From an uncultured Thermoleophilaceae bacterium (GTDB lineage: Bacteria > Actinomycetota > Thermoleophilia > Solirubrobacterales > Thermoleophilaceae), in the NCBI GenBank assembly GCA_963759625.1, contig CAVXAD010000003.1, positions 53-64,052 on the forward strand: a DNA stretch of 64,000 bases. The letters run 5' to 3'. The position numbers and the translations under genes are program-made. Numbering within the stretch: position 1 is the stretch's first letter; every line of letters starts with the position of its first letter. Of the stretch, positions 63,715 to 64,000 are shown piece after piece. The notes under the pieces were generated by a model. It saw only the letters and a list, made by a program, of their open reading frames with translations. It made no database searches and was not told where the DNA came from.

Positions 63715-64000
63715 CTAGGGCGTGGGCGTCGTGCTGGTGCTCTGCTGCTCGCGATGGCCTCGATCTGGTCGAGGCGCTCGGTCGATCTGTTTCAGCTGCC
63801 TGCCCACGGAGGCCAACTGTTTGTCCTGCCGGCTGGCCACCTCTGCGAGTTGCTGCAGCTGCCGGCCCACGGCCCTGACCTGGCTGCCTGGCGCGGACGG
63901 TCGCCAGCCGCGCCTGGAGCCGGTTGACCTCCCGAATCAGCCGGCGCTGAGCGCTCGGCGACTGGATGCTCGAGTCGGCGATTCGCTTCGCGTCGTTGTC
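63715..64000 (-). CDS. C-terminal part of a coiled-coil-like hypothetical protein (enters from the right edge), frame ambiguous
   Basis: From 64000 downward: DNDAKRIADSSIQSPSAQRRLIREVNRLQARLATVRARQ with good GC3, continuing in shifted frames as VRAVGRQLQQLAEVASRQDKQLASVGRQLKQID and ERLDQIEAIASS. One frame ends ...QQSTSTTPTP at TAG 63715-63717. Confidence 0.3.

Overview
This is a ~72% GC bacterial chromosomal window centred on the replication-origin neighbourhood. On the minus strand it carries rpmH-rnpA-yidD-yidC-jag-rsmG-parA-parB. It diverges from dnaA-dnaN-recF-DUF721(DciA-like)-gyrB-gyrA on the plus strand, at about 53.4-63.2 kb.

The left 50 kb is core metabolism and envelope:
- CPBP protease, HAD hydrolase, PIG-V-like glycosyltransferase, MscS, a class A PBP and thiL.
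- An OmpR-type two-component system coupled to an HtrA protease.
- treT-otsA (trehalose synthesis).
- rpsF-ssb-rpsR-rplI-dnaB followed by a DnaC/IstB-like ATPase, then purA.
- A wecB-wecC-acyltransferase set, tRNA-Lys, a STAS protein, tatA/tatC and dcd.
- A Bacillus-type qcrABC operon fused to menG and a polyprenyl synthase.
- hemL, an AhbA/B-like siroheme decarboxylase, hemB and a YmdB-like phosphoesterase.
- An NPP-GtrA-GT-C-GT-C envelope operon, ddl and tRNA-Ile.

Gene content suggests a deep-branching high-GC Gram-positive (Actinomycetota-like) organism; this is inference only. No mobile elements, CRISPR arrays, rRNA or obvious defence systems were seen.

The most striking sequence-level observation is about twenty reading-frame breaks in conserved genes, including dnaA, gyrB, recF, yidC, menG and qcrC. 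Nearly all are equivalent to one surplus base. I interpret them as consensus insertion errors unless reads prove otherwise.

Other points worth a second look:
- Co-occurrence of a dnaB-coupled DnaC-like loader with a DciA-like gene.
- A fused siroheme-decarboxylase gene inside the hem cluster.
- parS-like sites encoded as VSRET in rsmG and dnaN.
- A tandem 44-nt hairpin repeat.
- A 490-bp structured spacer after gyrA.

Many very long ORFs in the track are antisense or fusion artefacts of the high GC content.
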